The notes under the pieces are model-generated. The model did not search any database. It saw only the letters and a program-made list of their open reading frames with translations, and was not told the origin of the DNA. From an uncultured Verrucomicrobiae bacterium (GTDB taxonomy: Bacteria; Verrucomicrobiota; Verrucomicrobiia; Chthoniobacterales; UBA10450), in the NCBI GenBank assembly GCA_963756875.1, contig CAVWPA010000003.1, forward strand, positions 800,001 through 864,000: 64,000 bases of DNA, read 5' to 3'. Each line of letters begins with the position of its first letter. Position 1 is the first letter of the stretch. This document shows, piece by piece, positions 10,791-20,183 of the stretch. A program made the translations under genes and the position numbers.

Positions 10791-10863
10791 TGTAGCCACG
10801 GCGCTCTGCCGCCGTGAAATGCTAACACAGCGCAGATCGCCCCGACGAAGCGGGGTGGCTACA
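10791..10863. repeat. GTAG REP-like doublet
   Basis: TGTAGC-CACGGCG-CTCTGC-CGCCGTG...CGCCCCG-ACGAAG-CGGGGTG-GCTACA; near-identical arms at 51653-51717. Confidence 0.85.
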
Positions 10864-10895
10864 GTCATTTCGTATGCGAAGCGGCAGCTGCCACT

Positions 10896-12557
10896 TCAAC
10901 GATCGAGCGCGTCGCGCAACTTGTTGGCAAGCTGTTCGGGATCGAACGGTTTTGGCAGGAAAAACATGTCCGGATCGGGTCGATCGCCGGGATGAAGCGA
11001 TTCTTCCAGATATCCGGAAACGAAAACCACTTTGATGTTGGGGCTGGCCGCGCGCAGCCAATCGGCAAAACGCCGTCCACTCATTTGCGGCATTACCATA
11101 TCCGTGAGCAGCAGATCGATTTTTCGGCCTTCGCGCTCGGCGATCAAGCGTTGCGCATCATCGCCATTCGCGGCTTCAATGACATCGTAACCGAGATTGC
11201 GCAGAATGCGCACCGACATGTGTCGCACGCTGATATCGTCTTCCAGCACCAGAATTGTCTCTGTGCCGCCGGGCAGCTCCCGGTTATTTGGTTTCTTATA
11301 TGAAGGCGCCGGCGGAGCAGGAGTCTTTGGCAAATGGATCTGCACTGTGGTGCCTTTGCCTTCCCGGCTTTGAACGCGGATCTGACCGCCGCTTTGGCGA
11401 ACGATCCCATAACTGGTGGCCAACCCGAGTCCGCTACGGTCGTCCTTGGTGGTGAAAAAAGGTTCGAAGAGATGCGCCTTCACCGCGTCACTCATCCCCA
11501 GGCCCGTATCGGTCAGGCTGATCACGACATAATCGCCGGGCGCGAGATCGTCGACGCCAAGGTAGGGCGTCTGTGGGCAACCCACCGTAATACTGGCCGT
11601 TTCCAGCGTGAGCTGTCCGCCCGATGGCATCGCGTCGCGCGCGTTCACCGCAAGGTTGAGAATAATTTGCGTGAGTTGATCCGGATCGACCTTGATGTGC
11701 GCTTTCTCTTTTTTCTTGTGCAAATGACTAACGACATGGATGTCCGCGCCCAGCAGGGGAAGAAGCGAGCGCTCCAAATTTGCGATGACCGAATTCACTT
11801 CAACGATTCTCGGCTCCAATGGGTGCTTGCGGCTGAACGCCAGAAGCTGTTGCGTTAATGTCGAAGCGCGGCCGGCTGCTTTGCGGATCTCCGAAATATG
11901 TCCGGCCACCTGGCCTTTCAAGCGCATCTCGTGCAGGAGCAGATCGCTGTAGCCAAGAATCGTGGTGAGAAAATTGTTGAAGTCGTGCGCGACGCCTGTA
12001 GCCAACTGGCCGAACGCTTCCATTTTCTGCGAACGGCAAAGTTGATCATGCAGTTGTTTGCGCGTGGTGATGTCCATGAGGGACCCGATGAAACGCACAG
12101 CTGCTCCGGTGTGGTCGCGCACGATAACAGCGCGTTCCAGCAAATGTGCATAGCTTCCATCGGTGCGACGGAAACGATATTCGCCGCTCCAGCGCTCGTC
12201 CTGTCCGAGCAGAGCCTCTCGAATTGCGGTGGCGGTTCGGGCGCGGTCGTCAGGATGAAGATTCTTTTGCCAGAAGGCGAGCTGGCCATCTGCCTGCGCC
12301 GATTGATGGCCAAGCCAGTCGGGGAAACCTTGCGGCCAGAGCAGCTGGCCCGTTTTTACATCCCAATCCCGAACTGCATCGTTCGTAGCCCGGGCAGCGA
12401 GTGAAAAATGGTTCTGGCCCTGAGTCGGATCGTTTTCCAGTAGAATGTTTGCTTGATTTTCATTGCTAGGATGAGGTGGTTGTGGTGCTCCCGATTGTTC
12501 GCCAACGATTGATTGCCCGGGTCCTCCTGTAATTTCATCTTCGGTTGGCAATCGCAT
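10896..12557 (-). CDS. Hybrid sensor histidine kinase (PAS-HisKA-HATPase-receiver)
   Basis: PAS_3 (LHPDDR...EYRFRRTDG), GVAHDFNNFL H-box, NLAVNARDAM, FEPFFTTK, GLGLA, receiver TDMVMP...LPKPF. Confidence 0.93.
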   Translation of the reverse strand: MRLPTEDEITGGPGQSIVGEQSGAPQPPHPSNENQANILLENDPTQGQNHFSLAARATNDAVRDWDVKTGQLLWPQGFPDWLGHQSAQADGQLAFWQKNLHPDDRARTATAIREALLGQDERWSGEYRFRRTDGSYAHLLERAVIVRDHTGAAVRFIGSLMDITTRKQLHDQLCRSQKMEAFGQLATGVAHDFNNFLTTILGYSDLLLHEMRLKGQVAGHISEIRKAAGRASTLTQQLLAFSRKHPLEPRIVEVNSVIANLERSLLPLLGADIHVVSHLHKKKEKAHIKVDPDQLTQIILNLAVNARDAMPSGGQLTLETASITVGCPQTPYLGVDDLAPGDYVVISLTDTGLGMSDAVKAHLFEPFFTTKDDRSGLGLATSYGIVRQSGGQIRVQSREGKGTTVQIHLPKTPAPPAPSYKKPNNRELPGGTETILVLEDDISVRHMSVRILRNLGYDVIEAANGDDAQRLIAEREGRKIDLLLTDMVMPQMSGRRFADWLRAASPNIKVVFVSGYLEESLHPGDRPDPDMFFLPKPFDPEQLANKLRDALDR

Positions 12558-12591
12558 GCGTTAAGGCGAATCGAAGTCGCGCGTAAAAAAG

Positions 12592-12607
12592 AGCTAGTTC
12601 CATGCCT
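12592..12607 (-). promoter_or_regulatory. Candidate sigma-54 (-24/-12) promoter for the hybrid kinase
   Basis: Minus strand AGGCATGGAACTAGCT, correct GG/GC spacing, 34 bp upstream of ATG. Confidence 0.45.
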
Positions 12608-12700
12608 TGAAATATCATGCCGTGAATGCGGGACTGATCTGTCTGCGCGTTGGCCGGAGATTAGTTGCACAACCTGAAATCAGTCCGATGCGACCCGCAA

Positions 12701-13372
12701 TTACCTGGTTTCTGTCGAAGAAAGCGGCGCCACCGATCCAAAGTTCGCAACGAGCTCTGCGCGCCGCGACTCGGATTGGACAAAATGTGAGTCAATCGCT
12801 TCCGCAAGCGCGGACGAATGGAACGTGCTCGAGATCCGCCCTGCCTTGTTGTCGGCTGAATCTTCGCGTGCGTTTTCCACGTGAAAGGAAAGCCGGACGA
12901 ATCTCGTTTCGACACCCAGCATGGAAAGCTTGAAAAGCCGTTTGTGAGCAAAGGGAACAATTCCATCCACTTTGGTCCACTGAGGGCTGTCCGCGGGAAG
13001 AGGCGAGTCTGAGACTGCGATTTTGAGTTCTCCGCAGGCCGCGGTGTTCTCATTAACAAAGGTGAAGCCGTCTGCGGTCGCGTCCCTGGGCAGCGCAATG
13101 ATGAAAGTGGTTTCGCCTGCGCGAAGAGCACAATCAACGGTGGCATTATCAATTATGGAAGCGGGGCTGCGCGAATCGGCCGGATGAATACTGGGAACTT
13201 CGGTCAGTTGGCCGTCGGGTGTGATGCACTCGATCTTCACCGCGCTTCCCGTCCCGGACGAGAGAGGCTCGGCCAACGAACTCGGACCAGGCATAAAACT
13301 GATCGACGCAAACAGCGCAAGTAACGACAGCGTGCTCCGACGAAGAGCGGTCTGGAATACGCGGCAGCTCAT
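12701..13372 (-). CDS. Hypothetical secreted protein, possible beta-sandwich/discoidin-like domain
   Basis: Long ORF with signal-peptide-like N-terminus (RRSTLSLLALFAS..SLA); beta-rich IAVS...W...RFVRLSF pattern; start uncertain. Confidence 0.6.
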   Translation of the reverse strand: MSCRVFQTALRRSTLSLLALFASISFMPGPSSLAEPLSSGTGSAVKIECITPDGQLTEVPSIHPADSRSPASIIDNATVDCALRAGETTFIIALPRDATADGFTFVNENTAACGELKIAVSDSPLPADSPQWTKVDGIVPFAHKRLFKLSMLGVETRFVRLSFHVENAREDSADNKAGRISSTFHSSALAEAIDSHFVQSESRRAELVANFGSVAPLSSTETR

Positions 13373-13700
13373 ATTATAGGTGTCAAGGAGCTTAGATTGG
13401 GCCAAAATGGGGGAGATTTGATACGCTCCTCGATGGAGCGGGACACCGAAGCCGGGAGCTGCAGATTTTCCGCAACAAATAGAAAAAAGAGAATGCGATT
13501 TCGCTTGCCTCCCTTGGCATTTCTCTAGTAAAAGAAACCCGAGAATTTATAGATAAACAACGGATAATGACCGAAGAATGAGCTTTTCGATGGGGACGGG
13601 TGCATTGCCCCCGTCGTGCGCGTCGCCACAGGAAAAGTTTGTGATTACGACAATGGTACTACAACTGCTAACCTCAACTCTCAACTCGGAAGACCTGTCT

Positions 13701-14993
13701 ATGAGCTGTCGCCCCATCTCCTGCCGCTGCGATCATTTTACCAGCCGAATCGCGCTTTTTGTTTTTGCATTCGTCGCGGCAGCGTCGCTTGCGTATTCGC
13801 AAGATGCGGTTCGCCCCTCTCTCGCAGGCGAAGCGGCTTCCCAGGCGCGGCAGCAAGACATCAGTCGCATTCCCTACAATCTGATGGTCGGTCCCGTCCG
13901 CTTCCGGGTGAGCGCAAGCGTCGGAGCGGAATACAACGACAACGTCAATTACGCAGAGGTTGGTGTCCAGGACGACTTCATCATTAGTCCGAATCTTAAC
14001 GTGGACGCGATCTGGCCAGTGACTCAGCTCAATACGTTGCGCCTCGATCTCGGCCTGGGCTACGCGTTCTATCTGGATCACTCAAATTACGATACCGACA
14101 CGATTCTCATCGCACCTAATTCGCAAGTCGCGTTCGATATTTTCATCGGTGATTTCCGGATCAATATTCATGACCGGATGTCGGTGCAACAGGATCCTGT
14201 TGCGGAAGCCGCGCTAAGTAACGTCGCCAATTACGGCCGGTTCGAAAACACGGCAGGTGTCTCTGTCTTGTGGGACTTGAACAAGATACTGGTGACGGCG
14301 GGGTACGATCATTACAACTTCGTTTCCACCACGTCTCAATTCGATTATTTGAATCGAAACGCCGACATCCTTTCCGGATCGGTTGACTTTCTGGTCACGC
14401 CAACAATCGGCATCGGCCCCGAGGGTAACGTGGTTTTCACGCGTTACAATCAGAGCGCGCTGAACGATAATACAGACTACAGCATAGGCGGTTTCGGCGA
14501 GGCAGAGATCACGAACAACTTAAAAGTCCGAGTGGCCGGCGGTTATCAACACATCGATTTCGACCATAACTACGTTAACTTCTTTGGATTTCTTTTCATG
14601 GATAAGAAGGACGTTTCTAATTATTACGCCAACATTCTGCTCACTCACCGACTTAATGCTACCATCAGCCAGTCGCTCAGCGCGGGTCACGAAAACCAGC
14701 TGGGAGTTAATTCCAACTTCATCGCGCTAAACTACATTCGCCACACCGTGACGTGGAATATTATCCGCAACACGCTGCTCTCCACTGAGTTCTTTTTCGA
14801 GGATGCGAATGAATCCGGCGGCAATATAAACGAGCATTTCCATCGCATCGGTGGTGCACTTACGCTTGGTTATCAGCTGACGCCGCACGTGACTGTTGGC
14901 TTGCGGTATCAGCGTACTTCGAAGGATTCCGATGTCGCTCTGCGCGATTACGACCAAAACCGGGTGTCGGTGGACGGAACATACAGCTTTTAG
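13701..14993 (+). CDS. Outer-membrane beta-barrel protein of EPS export locus
   Basis: Signal peptide, alternating aromatic strands, YNDNV motif, C-terminal TYSF; start uncertain. Confidence 0.8.
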   Translation: MSCRPISCRCDHFTSRIALFVFAFVAAASLAYSQDAVRPSLAGEAASQARQQDISRIPYNLMVGPVRFRVSASVGAEYNDNVNYAEVGVQDDFIISPNLNVDAIWPVTQLNTLRLDLGLGYAFYLDHSNYDTDTILIAPNSQVAFDIFIGDFRINIHDRMSVQQDPVAEAALSNVANYGRFENTAGVSVLWDLNKILVTAGYDHYNFVSTTSQFDYLNRNADILSGSVDFLVTPTIGIGPEGNVVFTRYNQSALNDNTDYSIGGFGEAEITNNLKVRVAGGYQHIDFDHNYVNFFGFLFMDKKDVSNYYANILLTHRLNATISQSLSAGHENQLGVNSNFIALNYIRHTVTWNIIRNTLLSTEFFFEDANESGGNINEHFHRIGGALTLGYQLTPHVTVGLRYQRTSKDSDVALRDYDQNRVSVDGTYSF

Positions 14994-15026
14994 TTCGTTA
15001 ATGGGATTTAAAGGGATGAATTTGGG

Positions 15027-15707
15027 ATGAGAGTTTGTTGTTATGTTTTGACGTGTGTTGTATCGCTTGCCTGGTCCGGATTGCTCCGAGGGCAAGATAA
15101 CACCAGCCCCATCCCGTCCACCGCCAAGTCGCCGTCCGGCGAGCTGTCAACCGACAGCACGGTCATGCGTACCAATTCCATGGCGGTGCTCGACGACAAA
15201 AAGAAGCTCGGGCCCAACGATTATGTCAGCTTCCGCGTAGTCGAAGATCGGGATAACGAATCGCAACGGCTTCGGGTGAACGATAACGGCGAGCTGGAAG
15301 TACCCTACGTCGGGCTCGTACCCGCCGAAGGCAAGTCGTGCAAGGAACTTGCTTACACCATCAAGGGTCTGCTTGAACGAGATTACTATTATCATGCGAC
15401 GGTTATCCTGGCTGTGGACCGCGTGAGCGAAAAATCCCGCGGCCGCGTTTATGTCTATGGTTCCGTCAAAGCCCAAGGCCCGCAGGACATTCCCGCGGAT
15501 GAAAGTTACACCGTCAGTAAGGCCATCATTCGAGCCGGCGGATTTGGCGATTTTGCTAACAAGCGTAAAGTGAAGGTCACGCGCAAAAACGGAAAGGAAT
15601 ACGCGATCGATCTGAAGCGTGTGATTGAGGAAGGGCATACCGACGAAGACATGGTGTTGCAACCCGACGACCAGATTTATGTCCCGCAACGCTTGATCAA
15701 TATGTAG
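15027..15707 (+). CDS. Polysaccharide export protein (Poly_export + SLBB, Wza/OPX-like)
   Basis: LGPNDYV...VNDNGELEVPYVGLV, VYVYGSV, AIIRAGGF, LQPDDQIYVP. Confidence 0.9.
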   Translation: MRVCCYVLTCVVSLAWSGLLRGQDNTSPIPSTAKSPSGELSTDSTVMRTNSMAVLDDKKKLGPNDYVSFRVVEDRDNESQRLRVNDNGELEVPYVGLVPAEGKSCKELAYTIKGLLERDYYYHATVILAVDRVSEKSRGRVYVYGSVKAQGPQDIPADESYTVSKAIIRAGGFGDFANKRKVKVTRKNGKEYAIDLKRVIEEGHTDEDMVLQPDDQIYVPQRLINM

Positions 15708-15709
15708 GT

Positions 15710-17860
15710 ATGACCGCACCCATAGCCGAAAAGACCATTTCCGGGTCCTGGTCCACTTCTTTCATCACGCGATTGCACCGCTACAAGGCGCTGCTCATCC
15801 GCCGGTGGTGGATTCCTGTGCTGACCGTCTGTCTCGGCCTCTTCGTCGAGGCTTGGCTCATTTACCAGACGCCGCCTTCGTTCCTTTCCACCAGCAAAAT
15901 GATGTTGGCCGGGAAACTGAACATCGCTCAGGGCGCCGTTTATAGCGAAGACAGCGTGAACTTCTACGGAACCCAAATTCAGCTCATGCAAAGCGCGGAA
16001 GTAAAGCGCGACGCGGAAGCGCTGGTGCGTTCCACTCACCCCGAAATGCAGCAGGTGCCAGTCGAACTGGGCGTGGTGCAACGGCCGCGCACCTCCATCT
16101 TCGAGCTTTCAGCGATTGGGAGCGCCGCGGATTACACACAAGCTTATCTCAATGCGGTCATGCAGAAGTACCTCGATTTCAAAAAGGGGATGCGTGAAGA
16201 CCGGGGCCACGAAATTACGACTGGCATCACCGAGCAGCTGATCCAGGTCGAAAAGGATTTGCGCAGCGCCGAAGACGAAATGCTCGAGTTCCAAAAGGAA
16301 AATAACATCGGATTTATCCAGGAGGAAGGAAACAGCGCCGCCGCCTATCTGGTTAAGCTGAATCGCGAATACGCCTCTCTCAAAACAGAGTATGATCTGC
16401 TCAACCTGCTTGATCTGGACCAGAATCTCGATCGGGCGCAGAGCAGATCGGAAGCTTCGTCGGACGTGCAGGGTGGAGGCGAAGACAAGGGGCTGCCGTT
16501 TTCAGATGTTGGCCCGGAAGCCGATTACCTGAAGGCGAAACAGCAGGTGCAATTGTTGAAGGCGGAGCGCGATACGCTCGCGAAGGATCTTCGGCCGAAG
16601 CATCCCAAAATCATCAAGCTCAACGACGAGATTTCCAAACAGGAAAAGCTAATTCAGCTCTTCCGCGCAGACACGATTGAAAAACTCCAGACGCGCCGCG
16701 AATCCATCGGCAAACAGATGGAAAACTTGCAGTCCAACATCAAGGAGTGGGAGACCAAGGCGCTCGATCTCAGTCAACGGCTCGCTCAGTTCAACCGCAT
16801 CAAGGGAAAAGTTGATCGACTGAAAACCCTATATGATCGGCTGACAAATAACCTGAAAGAAGTCGATGTTTCGCAGGTTGTTGGTGGCGAAGATCAGGTT
16901 TCCATCATGGAAATGGCGACCCCTCCCGTCTCCGTGCGGCCGGGACTGATCAAAAGCCTGCTGATCGGCTTTGGCGGCGGCGCGCTCGCGGGAATTGGCA
17001 TCCTGATCCTGCTCGATCGCATCGACGACCGGATGTCGTCCTTTACCGAGTTCCAGCGCCATTTCTCAGAGAGCGTTCTCGGTCAGATCCCGAAAGAAAA
17101 AGTGAAGGGAAAAGTGAGTTTGCTGCAGCCGGACGACGCGCGGCACGTCTTCGCGGAGTCCTATCGAAACATTCGCTCATCAATTTTCTTCATGCCGTAC
17201 GAAGGACCGCGCCCCAAAGCGCTTCTAGTGACAAGCGCCGTTCCGAACGAAGGAAAGTCGACGGTCTCGGCCAATCTCGCCATTACCATGGCTCTTTCGG
17301 GTGCGCGTACATTGTTGATCGATGCTGATCTGCGGCGTGGCGCTTTGCGCGAGACTTTTGGAATCGCATCCAGGATTGGATTTTCCGAGGTCCTCAAGCA
17401 GGAGGTCAACTGGCGCGAAGTCGTTGTGCCCACGGCGTACCCCAACCTCTTTCTGCTAACACGCGGCCGGACCCTGTCGCAGCCGAGCGAACATCTCTTG
17501 CGCGATTCAACCGACGCCTTGCTGAAGGAAATCTACCAGAATTACGATTATGTGATCATCGACAGCTCGCCGGTCCTGGCGGCCGATGACACCACGAGCC
17601 TGGCGCCGAAAATCGATGCCACGCTTTTTGTGGCGCGCATTGGCTACACGTCGGCACGTTTGGTCAGAAAGGGGCTTGAGTTGCTTTACGATCGCCAGGT
17701 GAACGTCCCAGGCGTCATCCTCAACTTCGTCGATACATCGCTGCCGGAGTACTATTACTACCAGTATTCGGAATACTACAACCTTCCCACCGCCGCGGCC
17801 GACGAGCCGGAGGTGAAGGCTTTCCCTCGCGAAGAGGCCCATCACGTCCCGCCTTCTTAG
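15710..17860 (+). CDS. wzc: Polysaccharide co-polymerase / BY tyrosine kinase (Wzc-like)
   Basis: Two TM helices, coiled coil, Walker A SAVPNEGKST, IDADLR, IIDSSP, tyrosine cluster EYYYYQYSEYY. Confidence 0.92.
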   Translation: MTAPIAEKTISGSWSTSFITRLHRYKALLIRRWWIPVLTVCLGLFVEAWLIYQTPPSFLSTSKMMLAGKLNIAQGAVYSEDSVNFYGTQIQLMQSAEVKRDAEALVRSTHPEMQQVPVELGVVQRPRTSIFELSAIGSAADYTQAYLNAVMQKYLDFKKGMREDRGHEITTGITEQLIQVEKDLRSAEDEMLEFQKENNIGFIQEEGNSAAAYLVKLNREYASLKTEYDLLNLLDLDQNLDRAQSRSEASSDVQGGGEDKGLPFSDVGPEADYLKAKQQVQLLKAERDTLAKDLRPKHPKIIKLNDEISKQEKLIQLFRADTIEKLQTRRESIGKQMENLQSNIKEWETKALDLSQRLAQFNRIKGKVDRLKTLYDRLTNNLKEVDVSQVVGGEDQVSIMEMATPPVSVRPGLIKSLLIGFGGGALAGIGILILLDRIDDRMSSFTEFQRHFSESVLGQIPKEKVKGKVSLLQPDDARHVFAESYRNIRSSIFFMPYEGPRPKALLVTSAVPNEGKSTVSANLAITMALSGARTLLIDADLRRGALRETFGIASRIGFSEVLKQEVNWREVVVPTAYPNLFLLTRGRTLSQPSEHLLRDSTDALLKEIYQNYDYVIIDSSPVLAADDTTSLAPKIDATLFVARIGYTSARLVRKGLELLYDRQVNVPGVILNFVDTSLPEYYYYQYSEYYNLPTAAADEPEVKAFPREEAHHVPPS

Positions 17861-17967
17861 GCGTTGGTGAATCCACGGTCCCGTCCGCGAGTCGGAATGC
17901 GGGCTTCGGAGCCATTGCTCTGGCAGTTTCTTCGCGGCGGGGTTGCCACCCGGTAAATAATTTGTCT

Positions 17968-18002
17968 TGGCACTTCAGCAGCTAGTTGCACTGTTGTGCA
18001 AC
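17968..18002 (+). promoter_or_regulatory. Candidate sigma-54 promoter plus palindromic operator
   Basis: TGGCACTTCAGCAGCT with correct GG/GC spacing, then perfect inverted repeat GTTGCAC-TGTT-GTGCAAC at 17985-18002. Confidence 0.35.
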
Positions 18003-18012
18003 GCACGGGCCC

Positions 18013-19332
18013 ATGAGCTTTTTCGGATCGATTTCGACGCCGGTTCTGGACGAAAATTCAATGCCCATCATTCGGCGCACCCTTCATCGTGCCCGTATCA
18101 TCGGGAATTTCGCCCTGGTCCAGGGGATTGTTCAGGTCGTTGGTTTCATGAGCGGGATTCTCCTCGTCCGCACTTTGGAGCAGCGCGAGTACGTGTACTT
18201 CACCATCGCCAACACGATGCAGGGAACAATCAATCTCCTTGCCGATATTGGAATTAGCGTCGGTTTGGTCTCCATCGGCGGCCGGGTTTGGCAGGATCGA
18301 CACCGATTCGGTCAACTCATCAACACGGCCCTGAGCATTCGAAAAAAACTGGGCGTGGTCGTTGTCCTTGCCGTGACTCCGATCATGTACCTCATGCTGG
18401 CGAAGAATGGCGCCTCTCTTTCTTACACCGCGCTCTTGATCTTCGTGGTTCTAATCGGACTCGTCTTTCAGCTGTCTATCGGCGTCTTCGGCGTCGTGCC
18501 ACGACTGCGCGCAGACATCGGCAAAATCCAAATAATCGATTTCACGGGTGCGGCGGTCCGGCTTTTGGTCCTGATCGGATTGGTTTTCGTTTTTCTGAAC
18601 GCAGGCGTGGCCGTTGCGGTCGCTTCGGCCGTCGCCTTCCTGCAATACGCGATGTTGCGAAAATATGCCCGCGGAGTAATCGACCTCGGTGCCAGTCAAA
18701 ATGAAGAAGATCGCCGGGAGATCGTCCGGTTAATCAAACACCTTGCCGCCAACTCCGTTTTTTACTGTTTTCAGGGACAGGTCACTATTTTTCTTATTAG
18801 CTTTTTCGCCCATCGCACTTCTTCCGTCGCCGAAGTGGGAGCGCTCGGTCGCCTGGCGATGATTTTCTCAATAATCACGAATCTGCTTACAAATATCTTT
18901 GTTCCTGCGTTTGCCCGTTGCCAAAACGAGCGAAAGCTGCGCTGGCTTTATGCCGCGATTGTCGGAGGCGTTGCCGCTTTCAGCTTAACGATTGTTTTTG
19001 GAGCATGGGTTTTTCCACGCGAATTTCTGTTTATTCTCGGCAATAAATATTCGCACCTCGATCGCGAATTGCTTTTCATGGTTGGCGGCGCCGTTCTTTC
19101 CGCTCTCACTGGGACATTCTGGGCTCTCAACGCTTCCAAAGCATGGGTGGCCGGCGCCTGGCTTTACATCCCGCTGACTCTGGCGACCCAAGTTGCGCTC
19201 ATCCCTTACACCGACTTTTCGAGCGTGAGCGGTGTTCTCATATTTAATCTGCTGTCCGCCATTCCGAATCTTCTGCTCAACCTTGTCCTAAGCTATCGCG
19301 GCTTCCTTTCTCTGCGCACCGCGCAAGTGTAG
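18013..19332 (+). CDS. Polysaccharide flippase (Wzx-like)
   Basis: Many TM helices, MATE-like N-terminus (LVRTL...EY...LADIGIS), EPS context. Confidence 0.8.
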   Translation: MSFFGSISTPVLDENSMPIIRRTLHRARIIGNFALVQGIVQVVGFMSGILLVRTLEQREYVYFTIANTMQGTINLLADIGISVGLVSIGGRVWQDRHRFGQLINTALSIRKKLGVVVVLAVTPIMYLMLAKNGASLSYTALLIFVVLIGLVFQLSIGVFGVVPRLRADIGKIQIIDFTGAAVRLLVLIGLVFVFLNAGVAVAVASAVAFLQYAMLRKYARGVIDLGASQNEEDRREIVRLIKHLAANSVFYCFQGQVTIFLISFFAHRTSSVAEVGALGRLAMIFSIITNLLTNIFVPAFARCQNERKLRWLYAAIVGGVAAFSLTIVFGAWVFPREFLFILGNKYSHLDRELLFMVGGAVLSALTGTFWALNASKAWVAGAWLYIPLTLATQVALIPYTDFSSVSGVLIFNLLSAIPNLLLNLVLSYRGFLSLRTAQV

Positions 19333-19335
19333 CTG

Positions 19336-20175
19336 ATGCCAAACTTCGGTTATCATCTGGCTCGTCTGAAGGGAAATTTACGGCGACGAATCTATCGCGC
19401 GCTTCTGCCATGGATCGTGGACCGGCCGGTGAATCCGTCGCGATCGATCGCGCTCGATGTCTTTTCCTATTCTGGCGAAAACACGGTGCCCGAACAAATT
19501 GCTTCGATCCGCTCCTTCCTTCGTCATATCGGCCGTCCCAGAAGATTTACTGTCGTTTCCGATGGATCGCATTCGGATCGAAGCGTGCGTTTGCTAAAAG
19601 GCGCCGACGCGTGCGTTACGGTGCGCTTATCAAAACCATCGGCACCGGATGCTTTGCCTGAGAAGTTTCGGCGCTATCTTGAAACGCACGCAACCGGAAA
19701 GCAATTGGCACTTATCATGTCGCTGCCCGAAGACGGTCCATCCTTGTATGTCGATTCAGATGTTCTTTTCTTTGACGGTGGCGCGGATCTGATTGCCCGA
19801 GCCGCGGATAAGGATGTCCCGGCTTATTACCTCTTGGATTGCCAATTTTCCGGCGATTCACGCCTCTTGCGCGGCGCAAATGAGCAAACTGAACCCGTAA
19901 ATACCGGTGTCCTGCTCTTATTTGATCGGCTCGATTGGTCGCCTGGTGTCCGTCGATTTCTCGAACTGGAAGGGGAACCGAATTTTTTCACGAATCAAAC
20001 GCTGACTCATATCGCCATGCACGCGAATGGAGCCCGGTACTTCGATCCGGCGAAGTACGTGTTGCAATTGGACGATCAGTTTATTTATCCGGACCGGTAC
20101 GTCGGTGCGCCCCTGGCTTTACGTCATTACGTTAATCCTGTTCGACATAAGTTTTGGAACAGCCTGAGATTTTGA
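19336..20175 (+). CDS. Putative GT-A fold glycosyltransferase
   Basis: LYVDSDVLFF DxD motif, VNTGVLL (GT8-like). Confidence 0.65.
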   Translation: MPNFGYHLARLKGNLRRRIYRALLPWIVDRPVNPSRSIALDVFSYSGENTVPEQIASIRSFLRHIGRPRRFTVVSDGSHSDRSVRLLKGADACVTVRLSKPSAPDALPEKFRRYLETHATGKQLALIMSLPEDGPSLYVDSDVLFFDGGADLIARAADKDVPAYYLLDCQFSGDSRLLRGANEQTEPVNTGVLLLFDRLDWSPGVRRFLELEGEPNFFTNQTLTHIAMHANGARYFDPAKYVLQLDDQFIYPDRYVGAPLALRHYVNPVRHKFWNSLRF

Positions 20176-20183
20176 AAAGGACG

